Below, piece after piece: positions 1 to 10,369 of a stretch of DNA of 29,031 bases. Source of the DNA: a virus. Its lineage: Duplodnaviria > Caudoviricetes. The position numbers and the translations under genes were made by a program. The notes under the pieces were generated by a model, which was given only the letters and a program-made list of their open reading frames with translations, did not search any database and had not been told where the DNA came from. How positions within the stretch are numbered: position 1 is the stretch's first letter; each line of letters starts with the position of its first letter. Location of the stretch: the IMG/VR virus record IMGVR_UViG_3300049043_000129, positions 1 through 29,031 of that record. The stretch is one strand, 5' to 3'.

Positions 1-33
1 ATGCACGTGTTCTTCGTTCAGTTACGTATTGCT
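1..33 (+). other. Oxford Nanopore ligation adapter remnant (read start)
   Basis: TTCTTCGTTCAGTTACGTATTGCT matches the ONT adapter end TACTTCGTTCAGTTACGTATTGCT. Confidence 0.95.
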
Positions 34-399
34 TCAAGGTCACTCTTGAGTTCTTTTTCTCTTTTTATCGTGATAAAAAGACCAAAGGGCATTATGAAAT
101 GTCCATAAGGTGGTCCACCCAGAAACCAGTAGGATAAATGCCAAGTTTGTCCATCAATCCACGATGACTGGTTCCCTCACTTTCTGCCTTACACATAATA
201 TAACAGATTGCTTGAACCATATCAAGTTTATCTCTTCGGAAAGCATAAAATACTTTCCTACTGCCCGTTGTTTTCCTTCTTCAAGATCCTTTTGCAGATT
301 TTTACAGGCATCAGAATCCCACCACTCTTGTAATGCTTTACCAAGGTTATTTGGTTTTTGTAGTTCTTCTGGATTTACTACTAGATTTTCTTCAGTCAT
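34..399 (-). CDS. phage hypothetical protein (frameshifted, 3' truncated by read start)
   Basis: ORF 154..399 MTEENL.. continues in another frame (..DKLDMVQAICYIMCKAESEGTSHRGLMDKLGIYP..) up to the adapter. Confidence 0.7.
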
Positions 400-401
400 T
401 T

Positions 402-626
402 TTATTCTCCAAAGAGAGTTCCAAAGAAACCAGAGTCACCTGGTTTACGATTTTCAAGTTTATCTAGAAGTGAATCTGTGCTTTGTAGTGATTCAATACG
501 ACTAATCAAATCAGCAATAACTGAGCATACCATAGGACGTTCTTGACGTGCAGCATATGCTAGTGCATTACGCAGAGATGCTTCTGCTTCTTTCAGGGAT
601 TCTTCAACAGATTGTGATAGTGCCAT
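402..626 (-). CDS. cyanophage-type hypothetical protein
   Basis: intact 74-aa ORF MALSQSVEESLKEAEASLRNALAYAARQERP.., tightly packed with its neighbours. Confidence 0.8.
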   Translation of the reverse strand: MALSQSVEESLKEAEASLRNALAYAARQERPMVCSVIADLISRIESLQSTDSLLDKLENRKPGDSGFFGTLFGE

Positions 627-628
627 AA

Positions 629-1232
629 TTAATTCACCTTTTTAATAAGATAAGACCCATTACCTTGATCCCACCCACTCAACAAAATCACCTTCTTTCA
701 GGTTTGCCGCTTCAAGCAAATCATCAGGGAATGATACGCAGTAAATATATTCATCAGTGTCTTCATCTTTGACTTCTTCAACGGGAAGAATCCACTTTTT
801 TATCTTATCTTCTTTTTTAGATTCTTTGAACCAAAAACCATCAGCGGTCATTTCGTATCCATCAGCAATCATTTCACTGTAAGTTTTATGATTTTGTCCA
901 ACACTACTTACAGATGAACCTTTATACTCTTCTGGATAATAATGCTCTTCCCAGAAATCATTCCACGCTTTTTGACATTCTGCAGACTTATCATCTTTAT
1001 CACAACTAACCACAGATTTGTCTACTAACGGGACGATGCCCACTCATAAGTTCAAGTAATCCATAAGCACGAGCAGCGTGGTCTTTATAATACTGATAAT
1101 CTTCACGTGCTGCTTCACGAATCGCAGAATAAATTTCGTGTGCGTGATGCTTCTCCACAACTCAAAGCATCATGCACCCACTCTTGAAGTTTATCAAGAT
1201 GAATACTTTTTATAATCAAGATTAGAGGTCAT
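629..1232 (-). CDS. hypothetical protein with C-terminal AbrB/MazE (SpoVT)-like domain (frameshifted)
   Basis: starts MTSNLDYKKYS at 1232; C-terminus ..CVSFPDDLLEAANLKEGDFVEWVDQGNGSYLIKKVN* fits the AbrB-like pattern. Confidence 0.6.
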
Positions 1233-2200
1233 TGGTGTAGTCTTTGATTGCTTGTTCCATTATAACCTGAATCTCCTTACTCGTCAATGAATTCATCCAT
1301 TTCCAGTTTGGATACTTCCTTGTCCCAATCCATTGTATAAGATTCGGTCCTCATTTTGGGTGATTTTTAAGACTGTCTTCAGGCATCACTCAAATCAGCA
1401 GTATTCATTCACTTCTTTCAGTTTTGCGAAGCGTTTTGGTCCCTTGTTACATTCTTTTAATCTCTTGAAATGCATGTTCAGGGAGAAGTTTATCACTAAT
1501 TTCAAGACCAGCAATTAATGCTGCTCTATCACCAAAAGTAGCAAGTGCCTTTTCAGATGGGCTGTAAATTTTCATACATCGTAATTAATCCTACGAACGT
1601 TCAGCAAGAATATCTATATGCGGGCATCAAGAGAGTTTTCTAAACGATATAATTCATTTGTCAACTCTACATTTTCTTCTTCCAATTGCTTAACTTTAGT
1701 TTCAAGTTCGTCTAGACGCTCATAAACATCATCCATAGGAACATTTGGTTTAAAGTCCCCATTTTTCTGTGAAACCAATAAGAATCACTCGTAATACACC
1801 AACCTCTTTCAAATAATTTCTGTATTTTATAAAACGATTCCAGTTTCGGTTGCCCCTGAACTTTCAACTGGTGACAGATTTCACAGTAACATAACCACTC
1901 ATACCAGGCAGTGGTGGAATCATGTGCTGGAAACTCTAAAAGAGTTAATGTCCAATTATGTTGCGGAAGTCAATTTTAATCATTAGTAAAAACTTTCTAT
2001 TCCGTGCTTATCAGTAAAAGTTTTAGTTGTCATGCTTGTAACTCAATTTGATGTCTTTTCTTTTTTAGTTTGTAGCGATCAATGTGTTTTTGACGATGAC
2101 TTTCAGACTCAAAATAACACTTGCGGGTTTCATTACCTTCCCTTGTATACTGCAGTTTCCAGGGAAATTGGTCAAAGGGAAATTCTTCTGTGTAATCCAT
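1229..2200 (-). CDS. cluster of several small hypothetical phage genes (boundaries blurred by indels)
   Basis: readable fragments such as MDDVYERLDELETKVKQLEEENVELTNELYRLENSLDARIDIL (~1590-1736) and ..KWMNSLTSKEIQVIMEQAIKDYTNDL*. Confidence 0.5.
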
Positions 2201-2398
2201 CTATTTAAATCCTTTGATATGTTTTTGTTTATCCAGCACCTCAACATAACTTAAAAAGTTTCCACTATGTTGAAACCAAGTCAATTTAACAGATTCATAA
2301 TTGTCAAAAATGACTTCGTTGCCATTGTCATAAACCAACTTATAGTCATGACGATCATAAAGGTTTATCGCAGGTTCGTTTTGAAATGTTCGAGTCAC
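2201..2398 (-). CDS. hypothetical protein
   Basis: ORF 2201..2413; probable GTG start overlapping the upstream TGA (GTGA). Confidence 0.65.
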   Translation of the reverse strand: MTRTFQNEPAINLYDRHDYKLVYDNGNEVIFDNYESVKLTWFQHSGNFLSYVEVLDKQKHIKGFK

Positions 2399-2854
2399 TC
2401 CTGCGCCCTCCACCGCTTTCTCATTATAACATATTCTGAATCCATGGCAACCCTGTCGGCGTATTTCCTGTAAATATAGTCAGCCATCGCTTTAACGGAC
2501 ACCAATGCGTCTGTTTCCTGAGGCAATACGGCACGATTCGTATCATATTTCTGTTCACTTGATGATTCGCATACCTTCTGGCGCGAGTGAATCCGATCTC
2601 AAGGAACTTCGTGTCATTCCATTCCAATGAAATCTTTCTGTCGTTTGTAATCACAATACATTTCGTATATCTTATTAGCAGATTTACGAGCAGTAACCAC
2701 ATCCTTAAACCTCCAATGGCAGCAAATGTCGTTGGTGTAAGGTCTCACAAGAAGCACACCTTGTTCACCCCTTCCAATACGATACAGGTTTCTCCTATTT
2801 AGATCGGTAAAGTCAAGGCTCTTTGTAATTAAGTGAGTAGTCAAACTCTTTCAT
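2395..2854 (-). CDS. DUF4385-family protein (frameshifted)
   Basis: MKEFDYSLNYK..LYRIGRGEQGVLLVRPYTNDICCHWRFK..KFLE.GFTRARRYANH resembles the DUF4385 signature; split over ORFs 2614..2844 and 2424..2702. Confidence 0.75.
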
Positions 2855-3052
2855 TTTGGACAATGTAAAAAGTAATAAGTAACGGGCAGAGTTTGTAGGT
2901 CCATATTGTACCACATCACAACCCTTATAGGTATCAACAACCGCAAACTTTCTTTCTATTGGAGTTGGTTGCATTTCTAACCAGTTCGCAGCAAAGTTGA
3001 TACCAAATGCGAGCAATCCGAAACCAGTAAAAATTAAAATAGCATTTCTCAT
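2851..3052 (-). CDS. small membrane-anchored hypothetical protein
   Basis: N-terminal hydrophobic helix MRNAILIFTGFGLLAFGINF; ..VVDTYKGCDVVQY.. Confidence 0.65.
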
Positions 3053-3690
3053 TCTTCTTTATCCCAAGGCGCTTTGCGTTGAAGTAATTTAGCAAGGTTT
3101 TCGTTGTATTTTGGTGGTTGGTTCAACATTTCAGTTAGGGCATCAAAATCCTTTGCGGGCAATGTAATTTGTTCTGGTGGATAAGAACCTTTACCCCAGA
3201 ACTTCTCAAACTCATACTTATATTCCATATCAACATATCCTCGATTTATAGAAATCCAAAAAGAACCCCAGAGACCATAATCATCAAAACGGAAACCTTC
3301 ATGAAAATCAAACGATACCACCACCAGAAATGGAGTATAACGGAGAAACCTATTGCCTATGCATAAGTTTATGGAAGTTCATTTCTTCGTCCAACAATAA
3401 ACTTCCATTTCCATATAACCAGTATTCAACTCCGCCCACATTGCGTGAGGAAGTTTATAAGAATACTTCTTATCTTTCATCCAATGAGACCACGCTTCCC
3501 AAGCATATCCCACACCTGCCACCCCCAGATAAAGTTTCTCCACTTCCAAGGTCATATACCCAGTCGTTATCAGTATCAAATGGTTCCACTTGAATGAGGT
3601 TTGAAGTCATACTCAAAGTAGTGTTTGTTATACTGCTTCAGAGTAGTCAGTTCTGGTATCGTTGGCGGAGATTGATGAGAGTGTTGAGCA
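3049..3690 (-). CDS. Trp-rich hypothetical protein (frameshifted)
   Basis: fragments 3379..3579 and 3049..3324 ending ..DFDALTEMLNQPPKYNENLAKLLQRKAPWDKEE; start approximate. Confidence 0.55.
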
Positions 3691-3715
3691 TAACAATTTG
3701 ACTTCATCAGAAGTT

Positions 3716-3774
3716 ATTATACATCAAAGGGCACCTGTTTTCAAGTGCCCCCTGTCCAGTTCTCAAGGTGTCTT
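3716..3774 (-). promoter_or_regulatory. sigma70-type early promoter with upstream palindromic element
   Basis: AAGACACCTTGAGAACTGGACA-GGGGGCAC-TTGAAA-N17-TATAAT; -35 sits in a GGGCAC/GTGCCC hairpin. Confidence 0.7.
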
Positions 3775-4701
3775 AATTCTTCCTCTTATCCAGTCATCAC
3801 CAGGACATTCTACACCTCTTTTTTCAATTCGTCCATTATTCCACCACAATTGTCCTTTCATTTTTCTCTATTTTTTCTCCAATTTTCTGTTTAGTTTTTT
3901 CATTATGAGTTTTACCATAAAAAGCATTCTTTTCTCCTAACCTATCTTCACTCATTTTATTTTTAACTTCATCAGTATGAGTTTCCCGTAGAATGAATTC
4001 TTCTTACCAAGTTTTGCTAATCTTATATTTTCTTTTGCTTCTTCTGTATGTTCTAATCCAAGATTTCCAGTAAAATGAGTAGTATCTAATTGCAATTCTT
4101 TTATCCAACCAACAATACATTTATAACTTATTGTATTATCAAATCTTCTTAAAATTTCATTTTTGCTATGAGAAGTTTTGACTATCTCAATAAATATTTG
4201 CCTAAATTGTAAATCGTGAATTTTTAGATAATTTCCTTTACTTTTTCCAGTTCTAACTTTACTCATTTTATCTTTTGTTTCTTGTGATGCTTTTCTGCCC
4301 AAATGCTTTTCTCTTATTTTTTTCTTTCTTTCTTCACTACACGCAACACCATAACTTGGGTTGTTTTCTCCCTTCATTCTTTCTTTCATATTTTCACTAT
4401 ATCTTTTTCTTACTTGTTCGTATAAATGAGAATTATATTTTTCACTACGATTTCTCATTAAAAGGCAAGCAAGGTTTCATTTTCTTTGCTCTCCTCATCA
4501 TCTACACCATACCTTTTGATACAAATTTTTTCCAACAATAAATGTGCGATGTAATGTTCCCCTGGTGTAAGAACAACAATTCTTTTATTATCACCAAAAA
4601 TACTTTTTGGAAATGTATGATGTTTTTCTATGTAATCTTCTGGAAGAGTTTGATTTCTCTGCTTTCCTAATAAGATTACAATAAACTTTTAAGTAATTCA
4701 T
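3763..4701 (-). CDS. HNH homing endonuclease (Mob-like) with NUMOD3 repeats (frameshifted)
   Basis: MNYLKVYCNLIRKA..YIEKHHTFPKSIFGDNKRIVVLTPGEHYIAHLLLEK; NUMOD3-like GENNPSYG, HTEEAKENIR, NAFYGKTH; ends WWNNG..ECPGDDWIRGRIKTP*. Confidence 0.85.
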
Positions 4702-4708
4702 TTTTATT

Positions 4709-4814
4709 CTATTGAGAGTGCATAGGTATTTATAATAGTTTATAATAGAAAAGGTGCCGAAAGCACCCAATCTTACCTATGAAATTGCACTCTCAATAGG
4801 TGTAATTATTTATC
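4709..4814 (-). ncRNA. putative HEG control module: late promoter + antisense stem-loop RNA + terminator + late promoter
   Basis: GATAAATA (4807-4814), CTATTGAGAGTGCA (4786-4799) perfectly complementary to leader TGCACTCTCAATAG (4709-4722), terminator GGGTGC-TTTCG-GCACC-TTTT (4749-4768), TATAAATA (4727-4734). Confidence 0.65.
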
Positions 4815-4994
4815 GCAAGTTTCATCACTATAATTTACATAAAGATTGTTTCCACCGATGTTTAGGTGATACATTTTTCCATTATTCAAATATATACCAA
4901 TCCACACAGCACGACCTTGCTCCATCGTTTCGTAATGAAACATCTTCACATCTTCCAGCACGATTTCGTCTGGGTTTTTTTGGAATCTACTCAT
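4806..4994 (-). CDS. hypothetical protein
   Basis: intact 62-aa ORF MSRFQKNPDEIVLEDV.. Confidence 0.7.
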   Translation of the reverse strand: MSRFQKNPDEIVLEDVKMFHYETMEQGRAVWIGIYLNNGKMYHLNIGGNNLYVNYSDETCDK

Positions 4995-5213
4995 GGTTTT
5001 GCCTCAAAAAACCTACCATCAGGACCACAAGAATAATCAAGGGTTTTCCATTGTTCTGCTCTCAGCATATCAGCAAACCCTGTGTCCATTACCAGTCACA
5101 AGATTTTGAGAAGTATTTGGAGATGCACAAGTATCGTGTCGGTGTCCCATTCCAAACAGATGGTACAACCAATCACGACGAGAGTATTTACAATCTTTAC
5201 AGAGTTTAGTCAT
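4991..5213 (-). CDS. small Cys-containing hypothetical protein (frameshifted)
   Basis: MTKLCKDCKY..HDTCASP..YSCGPDGRFFEAKP*. Confidence 0.6.
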
Positions 5214-6311
5214 TTACCAGTTTATCTAATTCTAATTTGTTTTGTAAGATCTGAATGATTTCTTCTAATTTTTCAATATTTCCTTGAAGTTTTGGATCAT
5301 CTTGATTATGTTCTTTGATTGTATTTGCAAACTCAAGATGAGATTTAACTTCATCCATAATGACATTTGATTTCTTCTTCTTTATTCATTTTACTTGTGC
5401 CTCCATCGCAGCATTTTGAATAATCTGTGAGAGTTCCATCAGTTCCTGTTTCATTTCTGTGTGGAAGTCTTTGCGACTTCATCATAGAAGCAGAGTAATT
5501 CGCAGTCGTCAGAGAGAATAAGTTGTCGGTATGTGAGGTTCATCATGCTACTCCATCAGCACTATCTTTCCATTCAGTATCTTCTTTATCTCTCAAACTA
5601 TCCAATACTTGAAGAAGAAAGGCAATAGAGTTAGCATACTCTCGCCCATCTTGCCCACCCATTACGATGTAAGCAATTTCTTTTTCAGCAAGGTTCAGGA
5701 CGCTCATTTCGTGTGGGTCTCGGTAGTGTAGGACGATACCAGTTGCCTTCAGCATCTTGTTTGAATCCAGCATTCAGTTTCTCACGACGCTCTGCCTCAT
5801 CAAACATTTGATCAGGATATGGTTGAGGGATGGCGAATCAAATGCCTCCACAATCCTCTGAGAGTCCTCGTCAGATACTTTTGCTTGGATGGGTTTCAGT
5901 CATTTTGATTTCAAGTTTAGTTTTAGGTGCTTTGGTTCCAAGAGGAAGATTTCCAAGAGTTGACAAGGAATACGGGATGTTTCTTTACCATTAGTCTTGA
6001 AGATTAGGTCCTTATCCATAAGTTCCTCAATTTCTGTTTGCCGTATTCAGTGAGTTCTCTTATTTGCGGATTGGTTCTTCAATCTCTTTGAGAAAGATCT
6101 ACCCAAAGGCATATCATCAAGGCACTGGAAGATTATGTTCAGTCATCTGTGTATTTCCCTGCGTTAAAGCTGGTCGACATTACGAATTTGTGATTTCAAA
6201 ACATTCTCCAAGAGGGGCGACAAACATAAACTGATCCTGATTCAGGTACCATCAGGACCATCCCAGATTGTAGCAGTATATCCTTTGGTTGGATGTGGTG
6301 TGTAAGTGATT
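5214..6311 (-). CDS. array of small hypothetical early genes (incl. intact ORF 5543..5773)
   Basis: overlapping start/stop junctions; MNLTYRQL.. (~5391-5543), MLDSNKML.. (5543-5773), MTETHP.. (from 5903), MTEHNL.. (from 6146). Confidence 0.55.
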
Positions 6312-6505
6312 TCAATTCTCGATTGTTCCCCAAGCATAAGATTTCAGTAGTTCCACATCACTTTCAAGTTCTTTAATTTTAAGATAAAGTTCCTCCAAAT
6401 GCGATGCGAGTTTATAGATGTTTACCTTATCAATCTCATAACATCCACTATCATCTGTGAGGTCGGTGAAGATAGATTCTCCAATCGTCTGTGCGTTTCA
6501 GTCAT
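6312..6505 (-). CDS. small hypothetical protein, tandem paralog A
   Basis: ..TDDSGCYEIDKVNIYKLASHLEELYLKIKELESDVELLKSYAWGTIEN*. Confidence 0.6.
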
Positions 6506-6704
6506 TCAGTTTTGCCTCAAGTTCTTCAGTTTTTTCCCAGAAGCTCTCTATTTTGTAGATAAAGTGCCTTCAAATGTGATGTGAGTTTATAGATATTGAC
6601 TTTATCAATCTCATCATTATAAATTCCACTATCACCTGCGAAATCGGCTGTAGATCAGGATTGGTGAAAGAATAGTTCTCCAGTCATCAGCTGTTTTCAG
6701 TCAT
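6498..6704 (-). CDS. small hypothetical protein, tandem paralog B
   Basis: ..AGDSGIYNDEIDKVNIYKLTSHLKALYLQNRELLGKTEELEAKLND*. Confidence 0.6.
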
Positions 6705-6940
6705 CGTAGTTTCTCCCGCATAAGTTTCAAACACCTCTCCCATTCATAAGAGTTAGTATCGTGAGATGGGGGCAACCATCCAGCAACAATATCTACAAGT
6801 CTATCAGTCATCACATCACAGTCAATACCATATCCAACTTTCTTTCCAACTTCTTCCCAAATCAACTCATAAAGACTTGGTGGTTTATTCTTCTCAAAGT
6901 ATTTTTCTATGAGTTTTATGTAATCTGGTTTTTCAGTCAT
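6701..6940 (-). CDS. hypothetical protein
   Basis: MTEKPDYIKLIEKYF..; ATGACTGA start overlapping the upstream stop. Confidence 0.7.
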   Translation of the reverse strand: MTEKPDYIKLIEKYFEKNKPPSLYELIWEEVGKKVGYGIDCDVMTDRLVDIVAGWLPPSHDTNSYEWERCLKLMREKLR

Positions 6941-7273
6941 CTCTCTCCATTTTGTTTTCATAATCACGATAATCCCACTTGAGGTGGTGTTGTATCAGTT
7001 TGAGAGCACTTGGAATATCCAGAGCATCTCCATCACAAGTCCATTCACCAACTTTGATATCATAATACACCAGACAATCTGGGGTGTATTGATGTATGTT
7101 GATGTCTATGTGGTTAGTCATTTTTTGAATGTCCTCCTTGAAGGTTTCCCAAGCAAGAGTATTGAAGTTATTATGCTCGAAAGGCAAACTTATCTCTCCT
7201 GTTCTTCCCTCAACATATAATCAATCTCACACTGAATAAGTGCCCTAAGTTGGTCAATTTGTTCGTCAGTCAT
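6933..7273 (-). CDS. one or two small hypothetical proteins
   Basis: MTDEQIDQLRALIQCEIDY.. from 7273; MTNHIDINIHQYTPDC..MERDD* ending 6933. Confidence 0.55.
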
Positions 7274-7696
7274 TTTCAAAGTTCCATTTACTATTGAAGA
7301 ATACTCGTGTCCAAAATCTAATCCAACGATTGGGAACAGGACTGATGTTGAGCATCATAAAAACTGATTACCATTTGTCCCTGTCCAAACAAATCACAAC
7401 GACAAATGCGTTTTGGTTGTTCAATTCTCATATAACTCCCAAGTAGAATATGAAGATACTGTATTGGAACCCTGTCCTTCGTTGATTCCAATTGGTTTCC
7501 AATCGTTATTCATAAGTCCAAAGGTTGTTGTGGGTCTTGATACCATAACTTCTTCATATGTAATCCACCTTTCTACATCAGTTTCCATCTGTGCCATCCA
7601 GTGAATACCATTTACATCAATCGCATCCAGATAATGAACACCAGTTTTAGGGCAGATTACTCTGGATACTTGTGCGAATTTTACTCGTTCAGTCAT
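7270..7696 (-). CDS. two small hypothetical proteins (fused in the ORF track, probably by an indel)
   Basis: MTERVKFAQVSRVICPKTGVHYLDAID.. then MNNDWKPIGINEGQG.. Confidence 0.55.
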
Positions 7697-7954
7697 TACT
7701 TCTCTTCTTCTTGTTGTTCAATATCAATAGATAGCATTGAGAGACTCAAGGGCATACTTACCACAACCCACGCATCTTTATCCTCAAAGAACCTATCCCC
7801 AATGGCTCTCATATTGTAGCCTTCTTTGTCTTTATCAAAGAACGCAACGACATAACAACTCTCTTGTGCGGAACTCGTTAGGTTGAAACCACTTGACGAG
7901 TTCGATTTGTTGTTGACATTTGCTCCAACGGAACTCTATGTTTCTGAATCTCAT
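7696..7954 (-). CDS. hypothetical protein (frameshifted)
   Basis: MRFRNIEFRWSK..SCYVVAFFDKDKEGYNMRAIGDRFFEDKDAWVV..QQEEK*. Confidence 0.65.
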
Positions 7955-8155
7955 TAGATGACCTCCCAGTCACATTCCCAGTGACAATCGTTGCTTACAT
8001 TTACCCAGAAGAAGTATTTCTGGCTCTCCTGATGCGAGAAACATCATACCATCACCCTTGTCCTGTTCCACGATACAGATAGGATTGTTGCTCATCAAAT
8101 TTTTTAACCTATTAACACTCTTTTTACTTTTGGATTTCACTGTGACTTTTCGCAT
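7954..8155 (-). CDS. cyanophage-type hypothetical protein
   Basis: MRKVTVKSKSKKSVNRLKNLMSNNPICIVEQDKGDGMMFLAS..YFFWVNVSNDCHWECDWEVI*; first gene behind the 8177-8232 promoter. Confidence 0.7.
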
Positions 8156-8176
8156 CGGTCTTTTGCTTATGAAGTC

Positions 8177-8232
8177 ATTATATATCAAAAAGAGGTACTG
8201 TAAAGTGCCCTGTGACAGTTTATCAAGTGTCC
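8177..8232 (-). promoter_or_regulatory. early promoter with upstream palindromic element
   Basis: GGACACTTGATAAACTGTCACA-GGGCAC-TTTACA-N16-TATAAT. Confidence 0.7.
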
Positions 8233-8890
8233 TTTTCATTTTCATCCTTTTGTAGTTTCTCTTACTTTCTTTAAGTGGTTTTATCACATTATGATAATAC
8301 CATTTATTATATTCATTCTCTTTTTTCTTTATTTTTTTCTTGACTGTTCCTTCCATATTCGTTTCATTTTTTCTTCTATTCTTTTCTTTATATTCGTTTA
8401 AATGATTCTAAATTTTTCTCCTCTTATCGTTCATATACTCTTTTCTTCTTTCTTTTATTTTTTGTTGATATTTCCTATCCCTTTCTCTTTTTGCTTCTCT
8501 TTCTCTCTTCTGTAAAATATTTTTTATTATGTGGTGGATTACTTCTGTTTTTTGCTGCTATACTTTGTTTCTTTTTAGTTTCTTCTGATGGAATAAATCC
8601 TCTAAATCCTTCTCCACCAATTGCTTCTAATTATATCCATTATGATGAAGATCATACTTATCAACATAAAATATTTCTTGTTCGTTTAAAATACAAGTGT
8701 CATATTCATCAATAATTCCGTATATAAAATTATCCCATCCATATTTTCTCACAGCACGATAAAACTTATTATTCACACCTTTATCACAATCCCCCTGTGT
8801 CTCCTGTTTCTTCTTTCTTCACACACAGTTTGACCGATGTATTTTTTCCCAGTAGGGATACAGTGGTAGCAGCACAATTACTCCTTTCAT
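8180..8890 (-). CDS. GIY-YIG homing endonuclease with NUMOD3-like motif and basic tail (heavily frameshifted)
   Basis: MKGVI.CYHCIPTGKKYIGQT..NNKFYRAVRKYGWDNFIYGIIDE..LNEQEIFY..GYN..GGEGFRGFIPSEETKKKQS; 3' end approximate. Confidence 0.78.
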
Positions 8891-8892
8891 TC

Positions 8893-8985
8893 TACTTGAA
8901 TTTGGCTCCAATACTATTATACAAAACAAAGGAGGGACTTTCACCCTCCTCCTGAAGTGCGAGCAAATCAGGTATTATTATTTAG
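8893..8985 (-). ncRNA. putative HEG control module (antisense stem-loop RNA + terminator)
   Basis: CTAAATA, stem CCTGA-tttgctcgcact-TCAGG, TACCTGATTTGCTC imperfectly complementary to leader GAGCCAAATTCAAGTA, terminator GGAGGG-TGAAAGT-CCCTCC-TTTGTTTT, inner TGTATAAT. Confidence 0.55.
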
Positions 8986-9216
8986 ATTTCTTTTCAAGAG
9001 CAATCTCCAGTTTCAGTTTGCGAATACCAGTAATAAAGTAAGCATAATCTCTCGATTCTGTGCACAATCTTGTCTTCACCGCAGACACCACATCTGCCGC
9101 TTCCAACTAGAGGAACATCCTACAGAATAGACACCATACTTGACACCACAGTCCTTACAACTGGTGCCTGCCTGCTCAAGTTTCTTGAGTAGTGCCTTCT
9201 TCTCTTTGAGGTTCAT
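8978..9216 (-). CDS. small putative zinc-binding protein (CxxC..CxxC, frameshifted)
   Basis: MNLKEKKALLKKLEQAGTSCKDCGVKYGVYSVGCSS..CGVCGEDK..RDYAYFITGIRKLKLEIALEKKSK*. Confidence 0.65.
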
Positions 9217-9237
9217 AGGTTTGTTTCGTATAAGATT

Positions 9238-9294
9238 ATTATAAGTCCTCAAGACTCTTCTGTCTCTTCTGGTGTGCCAGTTTCTAAAGTGTCC
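9238..9294 (-). promoter_or_regulatory. early promoter with upstream palindromic element
   Basis: GGACACTTTAGAAACTGGCACA about 30 nt upstream of TATAAT. Confidence 0.65.
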
Positions 9295-9684
9295 TCGTCA
9301 GGCAACTCCTCATCCAAATCTACATCTTCCAATACTTCATCTGACCATTTTTTCACCCTTTCCATCACTTCATCCATAGAATATGTTTCTACTTTACCAA
9401 GTTCAACATCTTCTACCATTTGCATCAGGTACTCCAGAAACTCTTTAGGATATACATCATCTTCAGTTCAATGATGCCCAGAACCATTCACTACATTCTG
9501 CTTCAGGGTCATCTTCTTTCATAAGAGCATAACCTTCATAGTTGGATGTCATTAGGTCTGCCCAGATACGGAAGGTCATACGAATACTTTGCCACCCTGT
9601 CATCCAGCAGTGACCAATCCAATATTCCCACCAGTTCAGGGTGGTTTTCATTTTTTCAGTTCCCTTTAATTGTTTGCTGAACAT
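9249..9684 (-). CDS. acidic hypothetical protein (frameshifted)
   Basis: ..MKTTLNWWEYWIGHCWMTGWQSI..EDDVYPKEFLEYLMQMVEDVELGKVETY..TPEETEES*. Confidence 0.7.
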
Positions 9685-9689
9685 CAGCC

Positions 9690-9950
9690 TCATCCATTCG
9701 ATACAGATCTTCTCATATAATCCCAGTTCCAAGTTCTGGAAAGAAAATCAACATCAAACCCAAACTTATATGCCCAGAACAGAATACCCAGAACAGTTCC
9801 ACTGCCAGAAGTAATCTGAATATAAGGCCAAGATGGATCATCATTCCAACTCACAGAAACTTGAAGCAAACTTTTACGTCCGATGTTTAGAATCTGGACA
9901 TACCACTCGTGTCCGAAGTCTTCACGATGCTTAAATTTAATTAGATTCAT
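9690..9950 (-). CDS. hypothetical protein
   Basis: MNLIKFKHREDFGHEWYVQILNIG.. Confidence 0.7.
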   Translation of the reverse strand: MNLIKFKHREDFGHEWYVQILNIGRKSLLQVSVSWNDDPSWPYIQITSGSGTVLGILFWAYKFGFDVDFLSRTWNWDYMRRSVSNG

Positions 9951-10122
9951 TGTTCTCCTCAAAGTCAAACCATTCATACAGAGAGTTCATCGCACCTTCA
10001 ACTACACAATCAACCACAGCATCCTGATGTGGATTCTCTACGTGTTTATGAGCACGATTGTAACCATAACGGACACCTTCTTCCAGTGCCATTTCCAATA
10101 CTTTACGAAAGTTAGGTTTCAT
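9937..10122 (-). CDS. hypothetical protein
   Basis: intact 61-aa ORF MKPNFRKVLEMALEEGVRYGYNRAHKH.. Confidence 0.75.
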   Translation of the reverse strand: MKPNFRKVLEMALEEGVRYGYNRAHKHVENPHQDAVVDCVVEGAMNSLYEWFDFEENNESN

Positions 10123-10347
10123 TGTTTGAATTCCTTTTCAAGTTCTTTAGCAAGTTTGAGAGCACGACGCCACATTAGATATTTTACCACAGGATTGCGA
10201 GGATTGTGTCAATAACCACCACTTTTGTTTCTCATAGTTAGACTTTGCTAACTTAAGCATATAATAAAAAGCAGCAGCAATACTATCATCAGTTACGATG
10301 AAGTATGCTACCACTGCAAATACGATAAACCAAGCGTAATAAGTCAT
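10119..10347 (-). CDS. small membrane hypothetical protein
   Basis: MTYYAWFIVFAVVAYFIVTD..NPVVKYLMWRRALKLAKELEKEFKQ* (one indel). Confidence 0.65.
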
Positions 10348-10369
10348 TATAGTAAATCTTATGATATTA

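Noticed and set aside
7970-8356. Single 128-aa protein
   Set aside because: Fusion, probably by an indel, of the GIY-YIG C-terminus with the downstream MRKVTVK gene across a promoter.
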